Assembly: GCA_937625935.1 (NCBI GenBank) | Contig: OW569358.1 | Location: 372,001-436,000 of the forward strand | Reading direction: 5' to 3' | DNA: 64,000 nucleotides | Source: Tetramitus jugosus | Lineage: Eukaryota; Protista; Heterolobosea | In this document: one piece after another, positions 1 through 11,261 of the stretch | Layout: each line of letters starts with the position of its first letter | How positions within the stretch are numbered: the stretch's first letter is position 1 | The notes under the pieces: model-generated | Told to the model about the DNA's origin: nothing | The model's database searches: none | The model's input: only the letters and a program-made list of their open reading frames with translations | Program-made: the position numbers and the translations under genes

Positions 1-770
1 GGTATTTTCCAGAGAAATATTTGTGCCAATACTTGGTCGAAGCTCATGGAGAACATGAAACAGATTGTGTGACGTATACATTTGATCGTTCCAATGGTGT
101 TCGTTCCTTGACCAAGAGTTACGAAGCAATCATAACGAAACATAATATTGATGCTGTTATTATCGTAGATGGAGGCACAGATTCACTAATGAGAGGTGAT
201 GAAAAGGAGTTAGGATCACCAGAAGAAGATGCTTTGACGATTGCATCAGTGTACAATATATCAACAGACGTGTTGCCCATGGACAATAGGTTCTTAATGG
301 CAATAGGGTTCGGCGTCGATACGTTCCACGGCGTCAACCACTATCACTTTTTGGAGAATGTAGCTTCAATTGCAAGAAAGTATCCAAATGGTTACTTGGG
401 TGCTTTTTCCCTATTGAAGCAGATGCAGGAGTTTCAGCACTTCAAGGATGCCTGTAATTTCTCATTCTCTAAAATGAGTCAGTACCCATCAATTGTCTCG
501 AGCTCTATTATATCTGCTGTTGAAGGACATTATGGAGACTACCATGCCATACCAGACAGAACAAGTGGCAGCAAGTTGTACATTCACCCCTTGATGTCAA
601 TGTATTGGACTTTCCGTGTTGCGCCAGTCTTCACCGAAAGCACCTACATGTTCAAGTTGTTGGAAACAGACAATAGAGATGAGGTGAACTATTGCTTGAA
701 CAAGTATCGAACAAACCTGCAAAAGAACCAGCCTCATCTCATCAGACAACCTCAGAACCTGCCAGTCTAA
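1..770 (+). CDS. DUF1152-family protein (5' end outside window)
   Basis: Motifs IVDGGTDSLMRGDE..LGSPEED, GFGVD.FHG, SIVSSSI..AVEGHYG and I.PLMS.YW match my recollection of DUF1152. The frame is open from the window edge. Confidence 0.75.
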   Translation, partial: YFPEKYLCQYLVEAHGEHETDCVTYTFDRSNGVRSLTKSYEAIITKHNIDAVIIVDGGTDSLMRGDEKELGSPEEDALTIASVYNISTDVLPMDNRFLMAIGFGVDTFHGVNHYHFLENVASIARKYPNGYLGAFSLLKQMQEFQHFKDACNFSFSKMSQYPSIVSSSIISAVEGHYGDYHAIPDRTSGSKLYIHPLMSMYWTFRVAPVFTESTYMFKLLETDNRDEVNYCLNKYRTNLQKNQPHLIRQPQNLPV

Positions 771-966
771 TTTATCACCACACCTATTCCTCATTCCTCC
801 GACAGTAAAGTATTCAAATTGCTTGAAGGTTCAATAAAAATTTTCACACCAACAAAAAATTTCTCCACACACGCGAAACTAAAATTCAGCAAACAACACA
901 CCATCTCACACATTTGAAGAGTGAAACACAACTGAACGAACGAACAATAACAACAAAAACAAAAAA

Positions 967-3583
967 ATGACAGTCGGTGTGATGCATATACAGATGGCTG
1001 AGTGTTCAGATGATGAACTACCACCATCACTTCATGAAATTGAAGAAGAAACCATTCCTACCAAGTACCCTCACTTGAAGAAGCAACAAAAACAGGGAAT
1101 ATATGACAATCAATTGCGTTATTTGTGTGGAGGGCGATTCATATCGAAACCAATCTTTTTGAACAATGGTCAACTGTTTGCTATTGCTCAATCCACCAAT
1201 GTCAAAGTATACTCTGCACAGACTGGTCAATTTGTTGCGAATTTGCCACATGAAAAAGTGTTGACCGTTTTGGCTCATCCAGACAATGCAAAACAGGTAA
1301 TTATTCTCTCATTCTCTCGCCATCAACAAATGGATGATGATTCTATCGTGTGTGTTTTGTGTGTTTTGTGTGAAAATGATGATATCTGACAACAATATAT
1401 TTTTCTTTCGCTCGCAACAACAACAACAACAACAACAGGTATTCACAGCTTCAACAGATGGTTCCATTAAGCTTTGGAACATTATGAATGAGAACCTAGT
1501 GTCAGAGTATGACTTGGAGATGAATGGAGTGACTCACTTTGCTATATCATGTGTCGACAAAATCAATCCTTTGCTTGTTCGTGGTTTCGTTGCTGTCAAT
1601 CAATCTTCGACCGCTTCTTCATCATTCTATCAGATTGGTCTCTACACGGATGAGACAAACAAGGTGACTATTCAAAAATCGTCAAAAGTGACCGATATTC
1701 GCAGCGAATTCTCTCAATTCACATTGGCCCAGGATCACTCCATGATTCTCGTCTCTGATCGCAACAAATTGAACGTTTACGATTTACAAGATGACTTTTA
1801 TTCGAACAATAGGTCAAAGAGAGCAAACAACATTACTCACAAGCACATTATCACATGTGTCGCACATAACGCAAAGAGAAATTTGATTGCATTTGGTGAT
1901 GAGAGAGGTGCCATCATGGTGTATCACCCTAGTGGAGCTCACAGCTTACTCCATTGGCATCCTGTTGTCGTTAACAGTTTGGACTTTAGTTCCGATGGCA
2001 ATTACATGTACTCTGTTGCTAATGATGGTGTCATGTGCATGTGGAACATTTCAAAGGGATCTCGCATGAATCATTTCCCATGTGGACAAGCATTGAATCA
2101 TGTGACTGTGAGTCCAAAGCAAGACTCTTGCTTGATTGTTTCTGCTGGCAATCAAGTATTGAAGGTTGATTTGCATGGAAACAAGGACAAGTTTGATGTT
2201 CAAGGAATCTTGGCTCACAACAATCCAATGAGTGTCCAATTGCGTCTCGCTGTTCATCCAACAAGTGGCGAAGTCTCCATCACTGGATCCAATATTTTGC
2301 AATGGTACGATATTGAGAACGAGAAGGAAACAAAGAGAAACATTATTCAATATCAAGCGCTGACCTACAACCCATCTAGATATGAAAAAACCAAACCATT
2401 GACACATGTGATTACACACATTGCTGTGAGCGGAACAGGACATAGAGTCGCCACTTGCGAAAAAATCAATGATCAAACTTGTTTAAAGTTTTGGCATCTC
2501 ACCAAATACAAGTGCGAAACACTCAGCGTAGTCGACACTCCTCACGGAGCAGACATTACGAGTTGTGCCTTTAATCAATCTGCACGGGCTCAAAATATGT
2601 GCGTGACAACATCTCTTGACGGAAATGCAAAGCTCTGGAATAGATCAGGTGAAATGGAACATCACGTTTGCTATGCAATTATTGACTATCGGAGATTGAA
2701 GCCATGGTGTGCAGTGTTTTCTATTGATGGAAACTCTGTGATTATTGGTTTCGAGCATGTGATTACCGTGTGGGATGCAAAATCCGCCACTCTTGTGCTC
2801 GCTGAGGAATTTACTGATGGGCAAGGCATTCGTTCTGTTCACTGTCTCGATGATCACCACATTGTCGTGCAAACCAGAAACTGTGTTTATATTTATTCTT
2901 TAGTGAAGGCAAAGATTATTTGGAGCATTGCTCTGGGAGACACGATAACATTATTCGCATTCCATCAGAACAGTCGGCAGATGGCATTCAAATTATTAGA
3001 ACAATCCTCCGTGCATATTCTGTCCATACCAAGAGATGTTTCTCAAACAAAGCGTACAGCTGTTTCTGCTTGTGAGGTGTTAGTGAAGGCAATCAACTTC
3101 TCTACAAAGGGTCAACTTTTGGTTCTGACAGATGCATTCGACATCTTAACATTAGGAGGCAAGACTGAAGAGGAAAAGGAGTTGGCCAAAGTCCAAATCT
3201 CGGATAGTGCTATGGATATTGACATGGTGGATGAGAAACCAACCCAAAAGTTGTTGAATCCAGATACGGTTCAAACAACTGCCTTCGATCCAGAGTTAGG
3301 AATGAACGCATGGAAGGACATCTTTGGTGGCCATTCATCTCATCAGTTGATGTCCATGAACGACAGCTTCGGAACATACATGAACACTTTCTTGCTCAAG
3401 TCTGACCTCCACAAGCAAGCTCTCAAGAAAGAATCTGAACAAGCATCTCAAAAGGAAAAGACTGCCTTTGACTACTTCAAGAATGCAGCAGCAGTTTCTC
3501 ATCAAACTGCAACTGTTCCAACCGAGAACGAGCTATCGAAAGACATAGAGGCACTGCTCAAGAAGTTTGCAACCACCTTATAA
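967..3583 (+). CDS. WDR75: WD40-repeat t-UTP subunit WDR75/Utp17 (2 exons, intron 1297-1438)
   Basis: ORFs 967 and 1334 join via CAG|GTAATT...AACAG|GTATTC. Motifs LCGG, KVYSAQTG, LLHWH, LKFW...TPHG and multiple WD repeats. Confidence 0.8.
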
Positions 3584-3669
3584 AACAATTTGCAATCTGA
3601 AACCTGAAACACCAACTTTTTGTCTTCAACACCAGATGGATACGTTCTAATTTTACATCTTTTATTCAT

Positions 3670-4192
3670 TCAAAACTCGTAGCTAGAAGGTCTGTGGGCA
3701 CCTGCATTGGCTGTCAATCTTTTTTCAATGTCTGACTTGTTCAAGTCATCCTTGGTTTCAGCAGTGAAGACAACATGAGGAGCCAAGAAGTCCTCAACAG
3801 TCTTCTTTACAACAGATACTCTTGCACGCTTGATTGGTCTAACCTTGCTTCCAGTCCAAACAACACCAACAAACTTGACTCTTTTCTGTTTATGATCAAA
3901 AAGAAGTGTAAGTATGTTGACTCGCTCTAAAATGTAGCTCTAAAATCATATTCTAGCTACTTACTGTTGATTCTGCCTCTGCCATGATTGCCTTCACACG
4001 GAAAACTCCATACAAGATTGCTTCTTCATCCAAGTGCTCCAAAAATTCATCATATCCATTTGATCCTTGAGCATGAATACTGATTTCATCCTTTTCACCA
4101 TGCTTCAGCAAGTACCAGTTAACTTCTTCGTTGCTGTCACTTCTAAAGTTGTTGTTTAGCTCTTTAATTTCATCAGAGAATTTGACTGACAT
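3670..4192 (-). CDS. Coactosin-like ADF-H actin-binding protein (intron ~3886-3964)
   Basis: Exon 1 has NWYLL...GSNGYDEF...LYGVFRV. Exon 2, read by hand, is KRVKFVGVVWTGSKVRPIKRARVS...AGAHRPSSYEF*. Confidence 0.85.
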
Positions 4193-4614
4193 TCTTATTG
4201 CTGCTTATGTTTTTTGAGATGATAGGAGGTCGATTGGTGTAAACGAATGATTTTGATTTTTGGGTTCACCATAGATTAGCGATGATTCGCGCCTCGACAA
4301 TCGGGCGTTTTATTGTAAGCGGGCAGTTACAATCGTAAAGTGCCACGTGTGATTATCCCGACAAACCTGTTTTTGAAAGAGAAATGAGAGATGGAGATGT
4401 TTGTTTGTGACTTTACCGAATGACATAAACAATCAGGATCATCGATAAGTTTGTTCTCCAACCAAGCTTTCCGGTATTTGATTGCATCCGGAGAAATAAG
4501 AATCAGAACGAAAAATGACAAAATGTTTGTTCTTCGTCCTTTTTTGAAGTCGAACCGCATAAAAAGTTACAAACAAGCACAGACGTTACATTATTACATC
4601 AAGACACGTTGAAG

Positions 4615-5913
4615 ATGAAACACTTGGATATTACAATTGATTTGAAGAAGGCTGATGCTGTCAAGCAAGATATCACCCAACTAGTGATTGATCATTTGCT
4701 TCGGAAGAACGAAGAAGGAGGAACAGCTGTCAAGAGCGAAGGTTCCTTGAGCATCCACGATGATATTAGAGTGGAAGAGCTTGCGGGAGGTATCACCAAT
4801 AAGCGTATGTGTAACCCACAAATGTTTCGGCGTTTTTTGAGATGTCCTTGCTTGCAACGTTTGCGTTTTTTGCGGTTGACTCACATACAAAATTTATTTT
4901 TCTCCGACAGTGTATCAAATTCATTTGCAGATGAACAATGAGCCACTTGTTCTGCTTTGTCGCGTCAACGGCCTGGGAACTGAGGAGATCTTGGATCGGG
5001 CCCGTGAAACACATCACATGAATGAGCTCAGTAAATTTGGTCAAGGTCCCAAGGTTTACCTGACGTTCAACAATGGATTTGTCTATTCTTTCTTGCCTGG
5101 AAGATGCTTGCGTGTAGATGAGATGGAGAAATATGCGCCTCAGATTGCAAGACAAATGGCCAACTTCCACAATATGGACATTGATGCACCTGATCGCACA
5201 GAGTCAAACTTGTTTCGCATGGCTAAGAAATGGTTCCATGACTGTATGTACAAAAACACGTTTTTTTCCTTTTCAATGTATTGGTTGTTGGCTATTCACA
5301 CACAATTGTTGTCCCTCTCCTTGTCCCTCTCTCCATGATTGCAGTGCACGAGTTGAGATGTGATGAAGAAGTGAGACAAAAGGTGCACGAGTTCCATTTG
5401 GATAAGATGGAGCAGGAATTGACTGAATTGGAGCGCTTAGCAAAGCTCTATAATTGTGATATTGTATTCTGCCACAATGATTTGCTTGCCTACAATATCA
5501 TTTACAATGAAGGGACAGAGTCTATTCATTTTATTGATTATGAGTATTGTGGATATAATTATCGTGGTTTCGACATTGGAAATCATTTCTGTGAGCACGC
5601 ATCCAAGATTGATTGCTCATTGTACCCTTCTGTCGAAGCTCAGAAACGGTTCATCAAGTACTATCTAGAGGAATCTAGTGCAGGTGATTCAGACGATGAA
5701 CAATTGCAGGAGAAGTTGCGCGTTGAAGCCAACTTCTTCTCCTTGCTTGTTAACCTTGCGTGGGGAACGTGGGCCATTCCTCAAGCTCTTCACTCCACCA
5801 TCAAGTTTGACTATTGGAAATATGGTAGTGAAAAGTATGCTTGGTATTGGGCTAAGAGAGATTTGTACATTAAGGAGTTTGTCGATTTTTATGAAGGAAC
5901 AAAGACTCATTGA
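4615..5913 (+). CDS. Ethanolamine/choline kinase (3 exons)
   Basis: GGITN, GLGTE..LDR..E, VFCHNDLL..NI, FIDYEY...NYRGFDIGNHF.E. Introns at about 4806-4910 and 5245-5344. Confidence 0.9.
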
Positions 5914-5986
5914 GATTATAGGTTCACTCAACAATCGAAACACATAAACAAGAATAAGTGGGTTTGGTCCAATAAACTCGATCGAG

Positions 5987-6793
5987 CTATTCTTCTGCTT
6001 TACTGCATGGTGCCTGAGCTTGATCGGCATCATGATGATTCATATACATGTCGAAGCAACTGTTCAAATGCTCGCGCAAAAAGTTGAACATTTCCGGCTT
6101 CAACTGAACCTCACCGGATATAATGTGCTTCAAAGGTGCCCATCTAGCTTCGGCAACCTCCTCTTTCAAAACAGGTTCCAACAATTCGTCTTTCGCGTGA
6201 ACCTCATCCAGACAGTGACCGCACAGATTGGCTATACGTTCCTCTTCTTCCTCCTCCTCATTCTTGGAGTCAAAATGCCGTGCATTATGTTGAAACAGAT
6301 ACAAGTGCACCTTTCTATTGTTCTTGTCCGGTTTGTGAATCGTTCCAATCTTTCCAATCAGCATCAAATGATCCTTCTGTACACCAGTCTCCTCATAAAT
6401 CTCTCTGTAGGTCGCTCCGAGTTCCGTCTCCTCCGATTCAATGTGTCCCTTGGGGAGTCCAAATGTCATCAACAACTTTTGTCGTTCTTCTTGTTGTCTC
6501 TGCGCGAGCAACTCTGGCTTGTTGAGATAGGTGCTTCGGACAATGATGATTTCATGACTGTTCACAAAATCGTTGACAGAGGTGGGGTTTGCAATGGACC
6601 GATATTGGTGCTTTTTACAGTGCGGGTGAATATGGTTGTTGTTGGGACGAATGACAATTCCGCCTGTGGAATGGAGACGAACATGTGGCTGTTCTTGTTC
6701 TGGCTGTTGTTGGCTGTGTGTTGTTGGTTGAGCTTGCATCTTTTCGGTTTTTGCCGTTGTTGTGCACATGGGGTGAGATAATATGAATTTCAC
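5987..6793 (-). CDS. NUDIX hydrolase (Ap4A-hydrolase-like); start codon uncertain
   Basis: Nudix box GLPKGHIESEETELGATYREIYEETGV. Confidence 0.85.
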   Translation of the reverse strand: MKFILSHPMCTTTAKTEKMQAQPTTHSQQQPEQEQPHVRLHSTGGIVIRPNNNHIHPHCKKHQYRSIANPTSVNDFVNSHEIIIVRSTYLNKPELLAQRQQEERQKLLMTFGLPKGHIESEETELGATYREIYEETGVQKDHLMLIGKIGTIHKPDKNNRKVHLYLFQHNARHFDSKNEEEEEEERIANLCGHCLDEVHAKDELLEPVLKEEVAEARWAPLKHIISGEVQLKPEMFNFLREHLNSCFDMYMNHHDADQAQAPCSKAEE

Positions 6794-7654
6794 CTATCAC
6801 TCGGTGTGAGAAACACGCGATTGTCGGGTGTCGATGATGGGCGGTGTCGGGAACTGTTCGACAATGTACAGTCAAATCAAACGATTGTTCTTGGTAAACA
6901 GGTAGTATGTTACTCGTTTGTTTGAGGAAAAGTATCAAGCATTGTCTTGCTTTATCAATATCTGAACAGAAAATAAACTGGGGAGAACTTTTTTATAGAT
7001 CACATTTCTTATCAAAACTCTCCCGGTACGCCTTCCAGCTGTGTCGAGGAGCAATTCATTCAATACAATTTTAGGAGTGCAGGAAAGACCAGATTGTCAA
7101 GTTGCAAGGACAATAAAGCCTTAGTAGGACAGAACATACCTTTCTAAGAGAGACGGAATTAGGAGACAATACAATCCTTCACAAGTGTCCTTGAAAACAT
7201 GACGATGCACAGAAGAAACGATTCAATTACGATCAATTCATACAGCAGGTAAAAATGTTCCATTGTTTTTAAATGCAACCCATTGGTTGCGCTTTTATTT
7301 CTTTGATGCTCTCTGTGCTTGTTTGCTTCGTGAGGGCATAATGCCGTCACTATGGTTTTTTGTTGTTCATGCTCTGCGAGCATTATCAACCGTCAAGTTC
7401 TTTGGAGCTAGTGAAGAGGGATGCATCACCTCAATACACCTCTACAAATAGTTTGGCTTTTCTCTCTGCTGCGTCCATACGGATTGTGGAGTGCTTTGAT
7501 GCACATTCTTTTAGTGTTATTGATCACATTTTCTACCCTCTTTACGGCGTCTTTTGGCTTGCATCCCGACCTTTGGAGTGCACTCCAAACGTAGTGATAT
7601 CCTCCCTCGTATCTACTTCCTTCCCCATCATACCTGCTAGAATAACACTCGACG

Positions 7655-9938
7655 TTTTTTTAATACAACAAATGGTGCGTGAGCACCACGTTGCGGAACT
7701 TTTATCAGTCTTGCCTCAATTGAGTCGTGCTTTAATATCGTCTTCTAGCTGTACAATAGTTCGGGCTTGTTCGAGTGCATCTGCATCCGCAACATCTCCA
7801 ATATCTATACGACAATCGAGGTTCTTGATACGCGGGAGTTTCAACATTTCGTTCTTGATTCCGTCGGTCCCGGTGTCTTATGGTTTCATCAATGATGATG
7901 GAAGAGAATGCTCTTTCCATCTCAAAGGGTTTCTTGTTAAATTTCAACTGAGATACGACATGTCCTCAATCTCTTCAGAGAACGTCTCCTCGAAATGATT
8001 CGCTGCACTCTCTGCAACAGTTCTAGTGTCATGGGTCGTTCGTCTGGCACGAGTTGTACAACTGACTCTTTTGGCCTTCTTTGCTGTCGATGAAGCAAAG
8101 AACAGTTCGGACGTTCTCGCTTTCCAGAGCTACTTGTGGAACTGGCGATCATTGGTACTTCGCCTCTATTGTAAGAGTTTGTCAACCTTCTTAAGTGCTG
8201 CTAACACGCTGGACTTTGACTTGACCCCTTGCGAGCCATACTTGTTCAGGAGATGGTCCAACTTTGGGATCGATAATATGCTATTCGCGATTGAATCAAT
8301 CAACACTGTCCTGTACTGTATTAGTCGTTTGGTCAGTCTCTTCTCCCTCACTCTTTTCCTCTTTCCTAACTTGAAAGTTTTGGGCGTCTTTAATAATCGT
8401 GGAGGTAATGGGATCGCATTGCATATTGACATCACCAATGTCCGCGATCCTGTGTGTTCAAATCATCTAACAGTCCTTACGCGTATTTCTTTAGGGACTT
8501 CGTTCTAGCCAGGGAAACCTCATTAGCCATCGCTTGCAGAGACCATTTTGATTCCCCAATGACGCTCTAGCGCGTCATTGCTGTTGTTTCTCTTTCGTTG
8601 TCGTGAATAGGTGGAGGAGAGTCGTGAGACATCTCCGTTTCACACTATTCACGTAAGTTTGAGCTTTCTTATCCGCTATTACTGTCTTTACTCCTTTTGC
8701 TACCAAACTTTTCCTTCACTTCTATTACCGGTCTTTTACAGCTACCATCTCTCACATTCTTCCACTCTTCTGTTCCTTTCCTGGTCAAACAGTGACTGCA
8801 GATGCTTCCTGTTCTCTATGTGAAACATCCCTTTGTAGAGTGCGGTTCTTTTCTCCCCTGTTGAGTAGCTGGGTTTTGCGCAGCAAGCTCATGATTGCTC
8901 ATTTATTGACTTGTTTTGTGAGTGACGACCTGTAGGGCGCCATTCACTCTTCTTCTCTTGTTGTCCCCGACGGTGCACCTACAGGTCGGAAGAATCACTC
9001 TGGTGAGTGTTTTGGTTGATGCCCTTCATCAAAGAGCGTAACCTTGTAGTAGGACCGTCGATGGACACAGAGCCATCTGTTGTTTTTTTCTTGTCTTGGG
9101 CCTTGTTGCTCCTCAGATCACCCAGTGTGATCCTAGCACTCCTCTTCTTGTTGTCATTGAGTTGTGGACTCTGAATCTCCTTTTCGGAGTCATCATCCAC
9201 ATCAATAATATCTGGTTCGTCCTCAGTCAAACCATACCTTTTGCGTGCACTGGCTAGTGCCAATGCAGCAATTTCCTTCTTCGCTCTTGCAAACACTGGA
9301 GAAGTGGCATTCACTTGCTCCAGGATTTGCCGATTTTCAGCGCTGAGCAGTACAACAGGCACTGTTGGCACTCCTTTGTTCTTCTGCCTCCATTAGATCA
9401 GGAGCAGTTCTTTGTGCAACTTCCAGTACCGGTATCGGAACCGGTTTGTTGCTCTCTTGGCCCTTTGTCTTTGTCAAATCCTTGGTGAGTTCTGTGACCT
9501 GTCGACGCAGTGCGTCGACCACCGTCAGCAGCTCCTCGTACATCTTTGTCAACCTCTTGTTGACAGCCTTGAGAGGATCATGTGGTCTCTCGACGTATCG
9601 AGTGACCGTGGCCTTTACCTTGTTCTCTCCGCTGAGCACTGCTTGTGCATAGGTTTCATCACCCACGACCACGAAAGCAGTGTCACGCTTCTTGAGCACA
9701 CTGGCAACCTTCTCAGGTCCCAGTAGCTTCTTGATGTCGTCCACTGACATGTTCTTCATGCCATGGACGACCACCTTTCTTGTGCAATCAACACTGCGCT
9801 TGGGTGCAGCAGTGCTGTTGCCAATCCTCCTCTCTTTGTTGAACAACTCAACAAAGTCATAGATGCGGTCACCCTTGACCGTCACCCATGCAACAAAGCG
9901 TTGCTGGCCTTTCCTTTTGATGACTTGGACTCGGTTGT
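7655..9938 (-). mobile_element. Decayed, 5'-truncated non-LTR retrotransposon (copy B)
   Basis: A7 tail at 7655-7661. The terminal 44 nt are identical to copy A. ORF1 starts mid-gene and is frameshifted (9337-9885, 8979-9371). An ORF2 relic at ~7840-7880 reads KTPG(P)DGIKNEMLK if one base is restored, matching the pre-RT motif of LINE ORF2. Confidence 0.75.
8979..9938 (-). pseudogene. ORF1 of retroelement copy B (RRM-like + coiled coil), frameshifted
   Basis: Paralogous to 10097-11124: DCTRKVVVHG / DCAKKVVLHG, DPLKAVNKRLTKMY / DPVKAVSKRLTKMY, QSPQLNDNKKRSA / QSPQLNENKKRSA. Confidence 0.7.
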
Positions 9939-9959
9939 TTTTTTCTGCGTTTTTGGTGC
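9939..9959. repeat. 21-bp target-site duplication, left copy (right copy 11130-11150)
   Basis: TTTTTTCTGCGTTTTTGGTGC occurs at both ends of element A, directly beside its poly(A). Confidence 0.85.
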
Positions 9960-11129
9960 TTTTTTTTTTTTTTAATACAACAAATGGTGCGTGAGCACCA
10001 CGTTGCGGAACTTTTATTTTTCTTTTGTGTGAGAGCAGGCTTGCCTGCTCTCAATTTTCTAACATGATGTGGTGCTTGCCCAGTGGAGTGGCAGGCCTAC
10101 GCAACAGGATTCATTCTCTTTCTGGAATGTTGTTTTGATCCCTTCTTCAGGGATTCGTTGCGAGGGCCTCCACTACCGTCTGGAGCACCACTGGTGAGGT
10201 CAGATGGCTCCATAGTCCTAGCCAGTTGGTAGGATCTACGGAGAGCACCTGACTTGATGCTGGCCAACCTGGCCGGGATCTTGTTGGCAGCAGTGTCACC
10301 AACGGTGACACATGCTGATCGCTTCTTGTTTTCGTTGAGTTGGGGACTCTGTAACTCGCAGTCGGAGTTACTGAGATCCAACTCAACTGGATCTTCTACG
10401 GTGGTTGTGCTTCTTGCACGGTCCACCATGATTGCTCGGGCAGCAATCTCCCCGCGAAGGGAATCCGGTTGACGGAAGCCATTTCTTTTAACACACTGAC
10501 TTGGTGGCGCAGGTCGTCCACCACAGCCAGGAGTTCTTGGTACATCTTTGTCAGCCTCTTGCTGACAGCCTTGACAGGGTCACGTGGGCGTGGAAGGAAG
10601 CGCTTTGCTTCCACCTCCACTGGCATGGATTGAACGTTCCGAAGCAAAGCTTCGGCATACGTTTCAGACTCCATCACAACAAAGGCAGTGTTGTGCTTCT
10701 TGAGCACATTCTTGACCTTTGTTGTGCCAAGCATGGCCTTGATATCGTCCTCCGTCTTACCTTTGACGCCGTGGAGGACGACCTTCTTGGCACAATCGAC
10801 GTTGTGCTTGAGTGCTGCCTTGCAGCCACTCATCTTCTTGTTGCGGTTGAAGGTTTCAACAAATGGGTAAATGTTGTCATCAACAACAGTTACCCACGCA
10901 ACAAACCTCTTGGGGCCCTTCTTGATGACTTGGACCCTGGTGAGCAAATCACCAAACTCCAAGCCAATCTTCTTGGCCAAGGCAGCCTTAGGAGAGTCAT
11001 CGCACTTTCCAGTGATGATGACCTCCTTGCTGCTTGGAGCAGTTCCTCTTGGTGCTGTGGTCCACACAGCATAGCGTGGATTCTCATACTCACGAACAAC
11101 AGGGGTGTGTGTTCGTTTTTTCATCGGCG
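9960..11129 (-). mobile_element. Non-autonomous ORF1-only non-LTR retroelement (copy A), 59 bp upstream of tRNA-Asn
   Basis: A14 tail at 9960-9973, 21-bp TSD, ORF1 from ATG 11124, 3' stem-loop, no RT. Confidence 0.8.
10097..11124 (-). CDS. ORF1-like protein: two RRM-like units + coiled coil; C-terminal part (10097-10429) in a shifted frame
   Basis: KEVIITG...RFVAWVTV and KKVVLHG...TAFVVMES patterns, followed by a heptad segment KRLTKMYQELLAVVDDLRHQVSVLKE. Confidence 0.65.
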
Positions 11130-11188
11130 TTTTTTCTGCGTTTTTGGTGCCACAATCTGTCCCCATTTTCTATTATTACATGCACAAT

Positions 11189-11261
11189 TCCTCCATGGCT
11201 CAGTTGGTAGAGCGTCAGGCTGTTAACCTGCAGGTCGTTGGTTCGAGCCCAACTGGAGGAG
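11189..11261 (+). tRNA. trnN: tRNA-Asn (GTT)
   Basis: TCCTCCA/TGGAGGA acceptor stem, D arm GCTC..GAGC, anticodon loop CTGTTAA, TTCGA T-loop, TTTT terminator downstream. Confidence 0.97.

Noticed and set aside
6020-6781. 253-aa + strand ORF
   Set aside because: Antisense shadow of the NUDIX gene with no motifs.
7360-8508. 212-aa and 160-aa + strand ORFs
   Set aside because: Antisense to the decayed retroelement; no recognisable domains.
8557-8580. 9-bp inverted repeat inside copy B
   Set aside because: Isolated, with no TSD or second full copy.
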